NCBI GenBank assembly: GCA_051530055.1
Contig: CM121343.1
Location: 2,140,389-2,204,388, forward strand
Length of the DNA stretch: 64,000 nucleotides
Direction: 5' to 3'
DNA from: Neoechinorhynchus agilis
Lineage: Eukaryota > Animalia > Acanthocephala
Shown here: in pieces, positions 11,500 to 24,782 of the stretch
How positions within the stretch are numbered: the stretch's first letter is position 1
Layout: every line of letters starts with the position of its first letter
Made by a program: the position numbers and the translations under genes
Notes under the pieces: generated by a model
Databases searched by the model: none
Seen by the model: the letters and a program-made list of their open reading frames with translations, nothing else
Told to the model about the DNA's origin: nothing

Positions 11500-14400
11500 T
11501 TCCTTCAATTTTTACGCCAATCTTTCAAAATGTACGGCGGTTTTATTGCGAATTTCCTCAGGAAAGATCTAGTCGAATAAAATAATTCCGAACCTTGCAG
11601 AAGGCATGAGATTGTGTCCAAATATCGGATTTAATAAATTCCTTCGATTTTTACGCCTTAAAAAGCGTATAAAGTTCAATCTTCCGAAATATTCGGCGGA
11701 TTTATTGCGAATTTCCTCAGGAAAGATCTAGTCGATTAGATCAATTCCGAACCTTGCTTAAGACGTGGGATTGAATCCAAATATCGGATTTAATAAATTC
11801 CTTCGATTTGTACGCCTTAAAAAGCGTATAAAGTTCAATCTGCCGAAATATTCGGTGGTTTTATTGCGAATTTCCTCAGGAAAGATCTAGTCGATAATAT
11901 CAATTCCGAACCTTGCTTAAGACGAGGGATTGAATCCAAATATCGGATTTAATGATTTCCTTCGGTTTTTACGCCTTAAAAAGCGTATAAAGTTCAATCT
12001 GCCGAAATATTCGGCGGTTTTATTGCGAATTTCCTCAGGAAAGATCTAGTCGATTAGATCAATTCCGAACCTTGCAGAAGGCATGAGATTGTGTCCAAAT
12101 ATCGGATTTAATAAATTCCTTCAATTTTTACGCCTTAAAAAAAGCGTAAAGTTCAATCTTCCGAAATATTCGGCGGTTTTATTGCGAATTTCCTCAGGAA
12201 AGATCTAGTCGATTAGATCAATTCCGAACCTTGTGGAAGGCATGAGATTGTGCCCAAATATCGGATTTAATAAATTCCTTCGATTTTTACGCCTTAAAAA
12301 GTGTATAAAGTTCAATCTTCCGAAATATTCGGCGGATTTATTGCGAATTTCCCCTGTGAAAGATCTAGTCGATTAGATCAATTCCGAACCTTGTGGAAGG
12401 CATGAGATTGTGCCCAAATATCGGATTTAATAAATTTCTTCAATTTTTACGCCTTAAAAAGCGTATAAAGTTCAATCTTCCGAAATATTCGGCGGTTTTA
12501 TTGCGAATTTCTCCTCAGGAAAGATCTAGTCGATTAGATCAATTCCGAACCTTGTGGAAGGCATGAGATTGTGCCCAAATATCGGATTTAATAAATTCCT
12601 TCAATTTTTACGCCTTAAAAAGCGTATAAAGTTCAATCTTCCGAAATATTCGGCGGATTTATTGCGAATTTCCTCAGGAAAGATCTAGTCGATAATATCA
12701 ATTCCGAACCTTGCTTAAGACGAGGGATTGAATCCAAATATCGGATTTAATGATTTCCTTCGGTTTTTACGCCTTAAAAAGCGTATAAAGTTCAATCTGC
12801 CGAAATATTCGGCGGATTTATTGGGTGAATTTCAGGAAAGATCTAGTCGAATAAAATAATTCCGAACCTTGTGAAGGCATGAGATTGTGCCCAAATATCG
12901 GATTTAATAAATTCTTCAATTTTTACGCCTTAAAAAAAGCGTAAAAAGTTCAATCTTCCGAAATATTCGGCGGTTTTATTGCGAATTTCCTCAGGAAAGA
13001 TCTAGTCGATTAGATCAATTCCGAACCTTGTGGAAGGCATGAGATTGTGCCCAAATATCGGATTTAATGATTTCCTTCGGTTTTTACGCCTTAAAAAAAG
13101 CGTAAAAAGTTCAATCTTCCGAAATATTCGGCGGTTTTATTGCGAATTTCCTCAGGAAAGATCTAGTCGATTAGATCAATTCCGAACCTTGTGGAAGGCA
13201 TGAGATTGTGCCCAAATATCGGATTTAATAAATTCCTTCGATTTTTACGCCTTAAAAAGCGTATAAAGTTCAATCTTCCGAAATATTCGGCGGATTTATT
13301 GCGAATTTCCTCAGGAAAGATCTAGTCGATTAGATCAATTCCGAACCTTGTGGAAGGCATGAGATTGTGCCCAAATATCGGATTTAATAAATTCCTTCAA
13401 TTTTTACGCCTTAAAAAAAGCGTAAAAAGTTCAATCTTCCGAAATATTCGGCGGTTTTATTGCGAATTTCCTCAGGAAAGATCTAGTCGATTAGATCAAT
13501 TCCGAACCTTGTGGAAGGCATGAGATTGTGCCCAAATATCGGATTTAATAAATTCCTTCAATTTTTACGCCTTAAAAAGCGTATAAAGTTCAATCTTCCG
13601 AAATATTCGGCGGATTTATTGCGAATTTCCTCAGGAAAGATCTAGTCGATTAGATCAATTCCGAACCTTGTGGAAGGCACGAGATTGTGCCCAAATATCG
13701 GATTTAATAAATTCCTTCAATTTTTACGCCTTAAAAAGCGTATAAAGTTCAATCTTCCGAAATATTCGGCGGATTTATTGCGAATTTCCTCAGGAAAGAT
13801 CTAGTCGATTAGATCAATTTCGAACCTTGCTTAAGACGTGGGATTGCATCCAAATATCGGATTTAATGATTTCCTTCGGTTTTTACGCCTTAAAAAGCGT
13901 ATAAAGTTCAATCTGCCGAAATATTCGGCGGTTTTATTGCGAATTTCCTCAGGAAAGATCTAGTCGATTAGATCAATTCCGAACTTTGCTTAAGACGTGG
14001 GATTGTGTCCAAATATCGGATTTAATAAATTCCTTCGATTTTACACCACATAAAGCGTATAAAGTTCAATCTTCCGAAATATTCGGCGGATTTATTGCGA
14101 ATTTCCTCAGGAAAGATCTAGTCGATAATTATCAATTCCGAACCTTGCTTAAGACGTGGGATTGTGTCCAAATATCGGATTTAATAAATCTCTTCGATTT
14201 TTACGCCTTAAAAAGCGTATAAAGTTCAATCTTCCGAAATATTCGGCGGATTTATTGCGAATTTCCTCAGAAAGATCTAGTCGATTAGATCAATTTCGAA
14301 CCTTGCTTAAGACGTGGGATTGCATCCAAATATCGGATTTAATGATTTCCTTTCGGTTTTTACGCCTTAAAAAGCGTATAAAGTTCAATCTGCCGAAATA

Positions 14401-15785
14401 TTCGGCGGTTTTATTGCGAATTTCCTCAGGAAAGATCTAGTCGATAATATCAATTCCGAACCTTGCTTAAGACGTGGGATTGTGTCCAAATATCGGATTT
14501 AATAAATTCCTTCGATTTTTACGCCTTAAAAAGCGTATAAAGTTCAATCTTCCGAAATATTCGGCGGATTTATTGCGAATTTCCTCAGGAAAGATCTAGT
14601 CGATTAGATCAATTCCGAACCTTGTGGAAGGCATGAGATTGTGCCCAAATATCGGATTTAATAAATTCCTTCAATTTTTACGCCTTAAAAAGCGTATAAA
14701 GTTCAATCTTCCGAAATATTCGGCGGTTTTATTGCGAATTTTTTCAGGAAAGATCTAGTCGATTAGATCAATTCCGAACCTTGCAGAAGGCATGAGATTG
14801 TGTCCAAATATCGGATTTAATAAATTCCTTCGATTTTTACGCCTTTAAAAGGCGTAAAGTTCAATCTTCCGAAATATCTATGGATTTATTGCGAATTTCC
14901 TCAGGAAAGATCTAGTCGATTAGATCAATTTCGAACCTTGCTTAAGACGTGGGATTGCATCCAAATATCGGATTTAATGATTTCCTTCGGTTTTTACGCC
15001 TTAAAAAAGCGTATAAAGTTCAATCTTCCGAAATATTCGGCGGTTTTATTGCGAATTTCCTCAGGAAAGATCTAGTCGATTAGATCAATTTCGAACCTTG
15101 CTTAAGACGTGGGATTGCATCCAAATATCGGATTTAATGATTTCCTTCGGTTTTTACGCCTTAAAAAGCGTATAAAGTTCAATCTGCCGAATATTCGGCG
15201 GTTTTATTGCGAATTTCCTCAGGAAAGATCTAGTCGATTAGATCAATTTCGAACCTTGCTTAAGACGTGGGATTGCATCCAAATATCGGATTTAATAAAT
15301 TCCTTCAATTTTTACGCCTTAAAAAGCGTATAAAGTTCAATCTTCCGAAATATTCGGCGGATTTTTTGGGAATTTCCTCAGGAAAGATCTAGTCGATAAT
15401 ATCAATTCCGAACCTTGCTTAAGACGTGGGATTGTGTCCAAATATCGGATTTAATAAATTCCTTCGATTTTTACGCCTTAAAAAGCGTATAAAGTTCAAT
15501 CTTCCGAAATATTCGGCGGATTTATTGCGAATTTCCTCAGGAAAGATCTAGTCGATAATATCAATTCCGAACCTTGCTTAAGACGTGGGATTGTGTCCAA
15601 ATATCGGATTTAATAAATTCCTTCAATTTTTACGCCTTAAAAAGCGTATAAAGTTCAATCTTCCGAAATATTCGGCGGATTTTTTGGGAATTTCCTCAGG
15701 AAAGATCTAGTTGATTAGATCAATTCCGAACCTTGCTTAAGACGTGGGATTGAATCCAAATATCGGATTTAATGATTTCCTTCGA
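11500..15785. repeat. Satellite array 2, ~160-bp unit, ~27 copies, two interspersed variants
   Basis: aggaaagatctagtcga recurs every ~160 bp. Variant segments are ccttgcttaagacgtgggattg and ccttgtggaaggcatgagattg. Confidence 0.97.
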
Positions 15786-16049
15786 TTATCACATAAAGTC
15801 GGTTATAGAATATCAAAATCTGATTGGAACTATAACCATTGCGAATAAAGAGCTGTTTGAAATGTGTAGCGTCCACAAAATTAGAAGACGTTCGGATTTT
15901 TTTTGGGGGGGGGCTAAAATCGCGTGGCTTCAGGTCAACTATTAATGTTTCAACTCAATTTGGTATTTATAACTAGTGTCTTATTTGTGATATTTCAATG
16001 GACTAAAATAGAAGAGTCAAAAAGTTTTACTAATCAATGTGCTTGAATC

Positions 16050-17067
16050 TTATGGTCCCGTCACGTCTGAGCCGAGCGGACGCGAAAAACGATCCAAGTG
16101 TGGACGTCGATTGTAATTGTCTTGACTCCTGTAGCGCCTTGCTGCGGATCCTTCTCGCCTGTCAGAACGAGGTATTATATTTGACAAATTCAAATGTATC
16201 CCATCATTCCGAAGTTGGTTTTTGATAAATTCGAGCTCATCTCTAGTGAGTTGGTAAGAAATATCACCTACAATTCTCCCCTGTTTATCGATTGGATAGG
16301 TTCCCAGGGAAGCGTTTATACTGCTTAAATCAATGAGTGGCGCTCCATCATACTCGTTTTCACCAGGAAAGACACCAGTGTTCCTTATATTTTGATTAGA
16401 ATGAGGCGCTTGTTGATCGTAATCACGGGGACGCTCTGCCTGTGGTTTAAAATGATAATCGCTGGACCTGACTGGGTAATCGTTTAGCTCGTGATTATTA
16501 GCGAGACTATAACTCGATGGTCTAGATTGCGGCATTGATTGCTTATTGTTTCGATTCGCACTTCGAGTCAAAAATGACTGTAGAGCATCTCGTAGTTCAA
16601 ACAGTTCAGTAAGGCATAGATTTTTTTTAAAGTACTCCAAAGGTAAAATTCTATGCTAGCTTAAGTCCTCCGCCGTTATCGATTGTAATGGTCAAGACTT
16701 TACCAGTCGAGCATCGCATGCTGTATAGTTCTCCATTCGAGTACGCTTTCAACTCGTCAGTAAGGTCACTAAACGATGGCCTTTGATAACGATTACTAGC
16801 ATTTGAAGTGTATTGTTGATCGTTGTGCTGCTTTTGCTGGTGAGAATGATGGAACGGACGTTCGTGATTTCCCTCTGCTTCTGGACGGATCCGCTGTAAT
16901 ATTTCAGGATCGTCGAGCACATATTCCTTGATTACAGTCCCGTCCGGCTGCTTTAATTCTTTTATGGAACCAGCCCACTGTTTAAGCTGACCAATATTAC
17001 CTCCAATTTCTAACTTATTTCCTGATGCATCAATGACCTCGTAGCGGACCTGATCACTGGTGTCCAT
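16050..17067 (-). CDS. Hypothetical protein, two adjacent ORFs probably joined by a short intron
   Basis: 138-aa and 196-aa ORFs 10 bp apart with natural amino-acid composition; no family recognised. Confidence 0.55.
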
Positions 17068-17689
17068 TCGATAATCTTAAATGCCGTTATAAACTTTTTA
17101 AGATTAATTGCTCTTAACACTTTTAAAACTCGTAAAAAAGTCAACTTTACTATCAGATTTGCAGTATTAAAACCCATTCGTATTTTTTGAATTCAACGAA
17201 AAGATCAATAGCTAATAAAAGAGAATTTCCCATTCTCTCCACCATCGCTATCAAAAAATTAAAGCAAATCATCTTGGTATTTCACTAAAGCATCCGGCAA
17301 ACTCAATGTAGTATCAAAATTGAACAATGTAATTTCATCTACATAAACCACTGTTATGAGTCATTTTGGTCGCTATTGATGGCCAAACGAAAACTTGTAG
17401 CGTAAAAATTCTAAAATAAAAACAATGTTCCTTTCATAAAAAAAAAGAGGAAAAAGCCAAGGGATAATCTAAAAAGCCCCAATTTTCATTCGATAACCAT
17501 TGAATATGTGGTCTTTTTTAATCCAATGGCCGATTTACTAACGTTTTAAGAATACTAACCGCACCGAAATGTCAACAAAAACAATTACACTTCGAAAACA
17601 AAGAGTTTTCACATCAAATGGTAGACTATCTTATGTTTAAGGCATTTTAGCTGCACTGTGCTTTCCAGAAAAACCTCATCCCGGCGATA

Positions 17690-18900
17690 ATAAACACTTT
17701 CCCAATGCTCGATTCAATTATGTTTAAAGAGCTTTAACGGTCCCGATAAACTTCGATTCGTCGAAAAAAAAGCATTTCAAGTCCAATGGTCGATACGTCG
17801 ATATTTAAAGTATTTTAACGGCACTGTGAGGTCTAGAAAAACTTCGACCAGCGGAAAATAAAGACTTTTCCAATGCTCGATTTAATTATGTTTAAAGAGC
17901 TTTAACGGCAACGCGATGCCGAGAAAAAAACCTTTCGAAAACAAAGACATTTCCAATGCTCGATTCAATTATGTTTAAAGAGCTTTAACGGTCGCGATAA
18001 ACTTCGATTCGTCGAAAAAAAAGCATTTCAAGTCCAATGGTCGATACGTCGATATTTAAAGTATTTTAACGGCACTGTGAGGTCTAGAAAAACTTCGACC
18101 AGCGGAAAATAAAGACTTTTCCAATGCTCGATTTAATTATGTTTAAAGAGCTTTAACGGCAACGCGATGCCGAGAAAAAAACCTTTCGAAAACAAAGACA
18201 TTTAAAATGCTCGATTCAATTATGTTTAAAGAGCTTTAACGGTCGCGATAAACTTCGATTCGTCGAAAAAAAGCATTTCAAGTCCAATGGTCGATACGTC
18301 GATATTTAAAGTATTTTAACGGCACTGTGAGGTCTAGAAAAACTTCGACCAGCGGAAAATAAAGACTTTTCCAATGCTCGATTTAATTATGTTTAAAGAG
18401 CTTTAACGGTCGCGATAAACTTCGATTCGTCGAAAAAAAGGCATTTCAAGTCCAATGGTCGATACGTCGATATTTAAAGTATTTTAACGGCACTGTGAGG
18501 TCTAGAAAAACTTCGACCAGCGGAAAATAAAGACTTTTCCAATGCTCGATTTAATTATGTTTAAAGAGCTTTAACGGCAACGCGATGCCGAGAAAAAAAC
18601 CTTTCGAAAACAAAGACATTTCCAATGCTCGATTCAATTATGTTTAAAGAGCTTTAACGGTCGCGATAAACTTCGATTCGTCGAAAAAAAGCATTTCAAG
18701 TCCAATGGTCGATACGTCGATATTTAAAGTATTTTAACGGCACTGTGAGGTCTAGAAAAACTTCGACCAGCGGAAAATAAAGACATTTAAAATGCTCGAT
18801 TCAATTATGTTTAAAGAGCTTTAACGGCAACGCGATGCCGAGAAAAAAACCGTTCGAAAACAAAGACATTTCCAATGCTCGATTCAATTATGTTTAAATT
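17690..18900. repeat. Satellite array 3: ~80-88-bp monomers in a trimeric higher-order repeat (~245 bp)
   Basis: Three related monomers sharing ccaatg(c/g)tcgat...tttaacgg occur in the order ABC ABC AB AB C AB C; decayed monomers lie upstream (~17440-17690). Confidence 0.92.
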
Positions 18901-19239
18901 CTTTTACATAACCACGAGACTAGAAAAAAAACTAAGATCAGTAAGAAATTTCGGCCTTTATATTGCGAACCTGTTAAGAAACTCTCCCAATTGTGTATAT
19001 TGCACTATTTTCAAAGCAACATGAAATGCCTTTTGCGTTGTGCGTAATGATGAGTGAAACGCGTAAAATTGACTCATATAACAACCTCCTGCATTGACAA
19101 CTTTGTACTCGATTTCGCGAAATAACAGTAATACAAAGCCAGCGACTTGAACAGCTAATAAATCCGTTTAATAAATAATTTTTCCTAAAAATTTAGAAGC
19201 CTTCTACATGGTCAAAGTTATTAAATAGGAGTATATACA

Positions 19240-21545
19240 ATTTTTCATCATCGAGAGAAAATCCTTGGGGGTGATAGATTTGGCGATGTGGTGTTCACAA
19301 TCCTTAGGATAAAATATATTTTATTGATTTTCAATATTTCACGATAAAGCAACGTTTGATCATCAAGAGAAAATCCTTCGGGAGGATAGATTTGGCGATG
19401 TGGTGTTCTTAATCCCCAGTATAAAATATATTTTATCGATTTTGAATATTTCATGACTAAGCCTCGCTTTATCATCAAGAGAAAATCCTTCGGGATGATA
19501 TAATTGACGATGTGGTGGTTTTCAAAATTAAAGGATAAAATATATTTTATCGATTTTGAATATTTCATGACTAAGCCTCGCTTTATCATCAAGAGAAAAT
19601 CCTTGGGAATGATATAATTGACGATGTGGTGGTTTTCAAAATTAAAGGATAAAATATATTTTATCGATTTTGAATATTTCATGACTAAGCATCGCTTTAT
19701 CATCAAGAGAAAATCCTTCGGGATGATATAATTGCGATGTGGTGTTCAAAATTGGTAAAATATATTTTATGATTTTAATATTTCATGACTAAGCTCGCTT
19801 TATCATCAAGAGAAATCCTTGGGAATGATATAATTGACGATGTGGTGGTTCAAAATTAAAGGATAAAATATATTTTATTGATTTTGAATATTTCATGACT
19901 AAGCATCGCTTTATCATCAAGAGAAAATCCTTGGGAATGATATAATTGACGATGTGGTGGTTTTCAAAATTAAAGGATAAAATATATTTTATCGATTTTG
20001 AATATTTCATGACTAAGCCTCGCTTTATCATCAAGAGAAAATCCTTCGGGATGATAATTGCGATGTGGTGGTTTCAAAATGGTAAAATATATTTTATCGA
20101 TTTTAATATTTCATGACTAAGCCTCGCTTTATCATCAAGAGAAAATCCTTGGGAATGATATAATTGACGATGTGGTGGTTTTCAAAATTAAAGGATAAAA
20201 TATATTTTATCGATTTTGAATATTTCATGACTAACTGTTTATCATCAGAGAAAATCCTTGGGAATGATATAATTGACGATGTGGTGGTTTTCAAAATTAA
20301 AGGATAAAATATATTTTATTGATTTTTAATATTTCATGACTAAGCCTCGCTTTATCATCAAGAGAAAATCCTTGGGAATGATATAATTGACGATGTGGTG
20401 GTTTTCAAATTAAAGGATAAAATATATTTTATCGATTTTGAATATTTCATGACTAAGCCTCGCTTTATCATCAAGAGAAAATCCTTGGGAATGATATAAT
20501 TGACGATGTGGTGGTTTTCAAAATTAAAGGATAAAATATATTTTATCGATTTTGAATATTTCATGACTAAGCCTCGCTTTATCATCAAGAGAAAATCCTT
20601 GGGAATGATATAATTGACGATGTGGTGGTTTTCAAAATTAAAGGATAAAATATATTTTATTGATTTTTAATATTTCATGACTAAGCATCGCTTTATCATC
20701 AAGAGAAAATCCTTGGGAATGATATAATTGACGATGTGGTGGTTTTCAAAATTAAAGGATAAAATATATTTTATTGATTTTGAATATTTCATGACTAAGC
20801 ATCGCTTTATCATCAAGAGAAAATCCTTGGGAATGATATAATTGACGATGTGGTGGTTTTCAAAATTAAAGGATAAAATATATTTTATCGATTTTGAATA
20901 TTTCATGACTAAGCCTCGCTTTATCATCAAGAGAAAATCCTTCGGGATGATATAATTGACGATGTGGTGTTCAAAATTTAGGATAAAATATATTTTATTG
21001 ATTTTCAATATTTCACGATAAAGCAACGTTTGATCATCAAGAGAAAATCCTTCGGGAGGATAGATTTGGCGATGTGGTGTTCTTAATCCCCAGTATAAAA
21101 TATATTTTATTGATTTTGAATATTTCATGACTAAGCATCGCTTTATCATCAAGAGAAAATCCTTGGGAATGATATAATTGACGATGTGGTGGTTTTCAAA
21201 ATTAAAGGATAAAATATATTTTATTGATTTTAATATTTCATGACTAAGCATCGCTTTATCATCAAGTTTGGGTTTGGTGTGGTGTTTATAAAATATATTT
21301 TATCGATTTTGAATATTTCATGACTAAGCCTCGCTTTATCATCAAGAGAAAATCCTTCGGGATGATAGATTTGGCGATGTGGTGGTGTTCAAAATCCCCG
21401 GGTAAAAGATATTTTATCGATTTTCAATATTTCATGGCTAAGCCTCGCTTTATTATCAAGAGAAAATCCTTGGGAATGATATAATTGACGATGAGGTATT
21501 CATAATCCCCAGGATATAAAATATTTTATTGATTTTCAATATTTC
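19240..21545. repeat. Satellite array 4, 114-bp unit, ~20 copies
   Basis: atcatcaagagaaaatcc at 19471 and 19585 (114 bp apart). A variant monomer pair appears at ~19250-19440 and again at ~20960-21120. Confidence 0.97.
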
Positions 21546-22519
21546 ATGGCTAAACATCCCTCGATTCTGAATTTAAACAATCAAAACTCCCCTGATCGTT
21601 TTTTTAGAAGATCAGCACTTTCCCAGGTTGCTCTCTCAAACCGAGTGCATTCGATTGACCCAAAGATTGGGTCATCCGGAAGAATCTATTGTTAATCATG
21701 CTGACCAAGTCCATTGAACATTATTAGTTCATTTTGATTGGAATTTCGAGTATATGAGTTTAGGGTTGTTCTATGTTTCATGAAAGCGCAATAGTTTGAT
21801 TCTTTTTGTAATTTTTTAAATAAATTTAACTGAAAATTTCCAGTTTTAACACGTGACTGCTATAATAGTCAAGAATATAATGCTATTAAAGTTCCCTAGA
21901 GTCTTAAAGTCTCTATTGAACTACACTGCTTTCGGGAAACAAATTTTTAGATATTTCGGCTGTTTTGTGGCGTCATTAATTTCTAATCAATCGAGTCGAA
22001 TTATCGGTACAATGTTTATTTCTTTACTATTGGATAAATCCTTAGATTTATTGCTTTGATCTTAGAGTTCGCTATTTTCAGATAGTTCGCGATTATTGAT
22101 TGTCAATCAATGCTTGTGACGAAGTTTGCCAGTCTTTTGTAGGTGATTAATTAGAAAGTATGCTCAATTGACATTTTTGTCTTGGATTATTATCTTCGGA
22201 AGGGGTAAAGATACTTTCTTTTTCTTACTTTTGCTACTCTCCCGGATTTAAATTGACTGATTTTTCCTCCCCGATATTTCACTTCTGATAATTCTGACAT
22301 TTTTTCAAGGTTGTCGTAGTTATTCGACGTTAAATTTTTAATGGCGATATAAAAAATAAGTTTCGATTGTTTATTGCGTCGTTTTTTAATTTAATTCAAA
22401 GTGAAAACTTTGATTTTCGATGGAATACAAGAATTATAGGTTTTTAACTTTTTTTTAAAGGAAGGTACTTAAAATTCCCTAATATTCGATTTCATTCCGA
22501 ATTTCTAAGCCGGAAAAAT

Positions 22520-22850
22520 ACTGGTTTGGGATTTTACCTGCCCCAACACGCTCGCAGCATCCCACTTACGGGATGCCACCTCAAAGGCGGGAGCAGTCGC
22601 CAGCTTCAGCGAGGAAAAGAAGCGGCATAAGTACTCCTCGCTCGATGGGCATCAATATATTTTCATCCCGATTGCGGTGGAAACACTGGGATGTCTCGGA
22701 AAAGAAGCCGATTATTTCCTCTCCCGACTGAGAAAGATGCCAAAACATGCCACCGGCGATATGCGATCCAGCAGCTTCCTGTTGCAGCGAATCAGCGCGG
22801 CAATGCCGCGGCCATCAAGGAAGCTGCCGAACAAACATAACATTTGAAGA
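22520..22850 (+). mobile_element. CRE-like (REL-endonuclease) non-LTR retrotransposon, 3' fragment
   Basis: Translates to WDFTCPNTLAASH...EEKKRHKYSSL...YIFIPIAVETLGCLG...FLLQRISAA. Confidence 0.85.
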
Positions 22851-23255
22851 CAACAAATTTAGAAATAAACAACGAGATATTATTTCTATTGGTTTACTAA
22901 GAAAAACTTATGACAAGTCACGCATTTATCATTTATGCCGAGAGTTAATATGAAATGATTTCTAATATGAAAAGCTAAGCAAATACATCCATATTGGACT
23001 TATTGTTTCTCGGTCGAATCTAAATGTGGACTTGTCGAATCTCTCTTTCTTTGTGTATTGCTACTCTACTAACCTGGCAAGGAAATACGCTGAAGCATAC
23101 GAAAAGTCTTAGAAGGAACAGTTGATTTCCATTCTTGATCATTTTTTCTGATTTCTTGCGAATTATTATAGATATTTTTGGCCAAATTACGCTTTGTATC
23201 GGGAGGGATGGTATATTGTTCCAAAAGTTTGAACGATTTTGATGGAATAGCTGAA

Positions 23256-24782
23256 CTATTGATTCTCTGAGGTTCGTATTTTAGTTGTTCCTTGCTTGCT
23301 GGAACTGCAAAATAGAATTCTAAAAAAATAGAGATCTAAATCTTCCATACTATTTGCAAGTATTGGATCTTGATCGACTAATTGTTTCTCATAAGACATT
23401 TGTAGTTTCGAGAACGCTTTTGATGGAATACTTTCAAATCTTTCAGTTGGCACTAAAAGTGATAGATTTCGATTTGATTATCAAAATTATTTGATCTTAC
23501 TTGAGGCTGGTGCAAAATGTTGTTTAACTGGGATCTGAGCACTATTATCTATCCATCCTTGTAATTTCTGAAATGAGCGTGATTGTGTAACCCTTTTTCG
23601 GTCCTTTATTATCGTTGCAATGAATCTACTTAACCTACGCTTCCGTATCATAGTAAGAACTCCTCATTGTACTTTTATTTATTTCACATTCCTGATCATA
23701 TTGTGCCTTTTGATCGGTTTCTCCACTTTCTTCGTAAATTCGACGATGAAGTTTCCTATGTTATAATCATTTTGATTTTCATGGACGACGTGATGTACCC
23801 ACATTCGTGCTCTTGCCCGCTCCATCACTTCATCAAGATCTATTCCCCTTGGTGTATATGTAAACGGCTTCATTCCTGGTTTTGTCATTGTTGAAAGTAA
23901 TCGTTCTGGTATCCGAGTCCCTTCATTTGTTTCCTATATCTTATAAACATATCAATTTCCATCGGATTTTAAAATACTAACCTCCATTTTCACAACATGC
24001 TCTTCCAATGTTTTCGGTTCCTGCAAAATTTAGAAAAAAAACATATTTAAATAGCATATTCAAACAACAATAATGAAGAAGCAACTACTAATTTATCCAT
24101 AAACCCAGTAGAAACACAAACAGTTGAATCTTTTTGTCCCAAAGAAATTTTGAATAGCGACAAATTAATTTTTTTAATGGCTCATTTCTGTAAAAAAAAT
24201 CAGTTTAACTGAAATTCAAGTTTAACGACGTACAAGTTCAGTTGCTCGTTTTTCACTTTCATTTCTAATTGAATTTCGTACATATTTTTGTCGCATTTGC
24301 AAAGCATTCATTGGCGGCGGTTTAGGTATAAAGAACGATGGATTGTTCGAATCAACTGGTGGTTCATTTACATCCGTAGTCATCATGATTTCCTCCTGCT
24401 TTACTTCATCTAACTTTTGAGTTTCGTCGTCACTCGGTGGACTTATATTTTTAATAGGACAAAGTCCTTAGTTCAATGCTTACTTTACAACCGTCAGAAA
24501 CAATGCATTATTGCATTTCTTAATTACATCCAACGCTTGATCATGAGTGAGCGTTTCAGTGCCGACTCCTGCGATTTCGGTGATGATGCATCCTGGGTCG
24601 AGTTTACCGTAAGCAGTCGAACTCTCATACACCTATTTTAGAAGAAAGCTCCATAAGGTTTAAACAAATATGATTTGAACCTTATAAACGGTAATGGGAC
24701 GCCCGACATCTATTCCTCCTTGGATACAAAATCCCCAAGGAATGGCTGAAGTAGACTTGGTAATGAAAACCTTTTTAGACAT
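23256..24782 (-). CDS. N-terminal PDZ-domain protein, Zasp/PDLIM-like, multi-exon
   Basis: Exon 1 is MSKKVFITKSTSAIPWGFCIQGGIDVGRPITVYK. Exon 2 is ...AYGKLDPGCIITEIAGVGTETLTHDQALDVIKKCNNALFLTV, completing a PDZ fold. Later exons include KPFTYTPRGIDL. The 3' end is uncertain. Confidence 0.8.

Noticed and set aside
19248-21251. 38-aa repeat ORFs (MIKRGLVMKYSKSIKY...) on the minus strand
   Set aside because: The 114-bp unit is a multiple of 3 and happens to be open; the array has many frameshifting indels and no coding context.
1400-21545. Arrays as CRISPR loci
   Set aside because: Whole units repeat with no unique spacers, there are no cas genes, and the context is eukaryotic.
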